From Squalus acanthias (taxonomy: Eukaryota), in NCBI GenBank assembly GCA_030390025.1, contig CM059431.1, positions 134,232,001 to 134,296,000 of the forward strand: a DNA stretch of 64,000 bases. The letters run 5' to 3'. The first letter of the stretch is position 1. Each line of letters opens with the position of its first letter. Shown one piece after another: positions 63,589 to 64,000 of the stretch. The notes beneath the pieces were generated by a model. The model was given only the letters and a program-made list of their open reading frames with translations. It searched no databases and had not been told where the DNA came from. The position numbers were made by a program, and so were the translations under genes.

Positions 63589-63967
63589 AGTTCTTTGCAG
63601 CAGCTTTGAGGTTGAGGTCTGTCCAGGCCGAGATTCAAGGCTGCAATGAGCAGGGTGTGGCTGGAGAGCAAGATCGACTCTCCCCTTTAAGAACTGACTG
63701 GCGCCAGTGTGTCTGTGTTCCATCGCTAACTGACATCACCTGAGCTTCGCCAGCGCTCTGAGTTAGCGCCTCGCTCCTCGGCCTTTGCGCCTTAAGACAG
63801 GTGTGTAGCATCTGATTTAGCGCTGCAATCACCTCCAGGGGCAATAGAAGCCAAGTTTGTAGTCGGAGGTAATAATTTGCGCCAGGCGCTAAACTTTGCG
63901 CCCGGCTGATAATTGCACCCCAAACGGGGCGATACCGAATTTCTCCCCCTAATTCTTTAAATGCTAA

Positions 63968-64000
63968 TGAGAAGTCGCACAACACCAGGTTATAGTCCAA
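63968..64000 (-). mobile_element. 3' end of a second Penelope-like insert, cut by the window edge
   Basis: tgagaagtcgcacaacaccaggttatagtccaa matches 29616-29648 with one mismatch. Confidence 0.75.

Larger units (their letters stand above)
60716..63949 (-). mobile_element. Two-gene Harbinger, probable parent family of the 0.9-kb elements; transposase-side end missing
   Basis: Left TIR GGGGGAGAAATTCGGT at 63949 downward; ~370 bp colinear with the 12010/22633 left arms. Confidence 0.9.

Noticed and set aside
1..64000. CRISPR arrays, tRNA/rRNA genes or prokaryotic systems
   Set aside because: No regularly spaced repeat-spacer array or structural RNA gene was seen; the sequence is vertebrate intronic/intergenic DNA.

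Overview
Vertebrate genomic DNA, most likely from a cartilaginous fish (inferred from the CR1/HER1-like LINE landscape, not verified). The only clear host gene is a minus-strand DZIP1-family cilium gene. It has one large coding exon (2695-3234, Dzip-like N-terminal domain) and a candidate promoter/first exon about 46 kb upstream (~49.6-49.8 kb) with a palindromic RFX X-box, an ETS site and CCAAT boxes. The rest is dominated by nested transposable elements: young and old CR1 LINEs (one with an intact 983-aa ORF2, one near full length with ORF1), a second CR1/L2-superclade LINE family, L2 remnants, an RTE with a twin-priming-type 5' inversion, a fragmented Gypsy integrase, a Tigger-like MITE, and many PIF/Harbinger elements. 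The Harbingers include two-gene Myb/SANT + DDE copies and non-autonomous derivatives. The most unusual items are a 91-bp TSD-flanked Penelope-type insert made largely of a minimal hammerhead ribozyme, the inverted RTE, and three X-boxes in separate unique-sequence islands. I found no evidence of a wholly new biological system. Boundaries of degraded repeats are approximate and family names come from motif recognition, not database searches.
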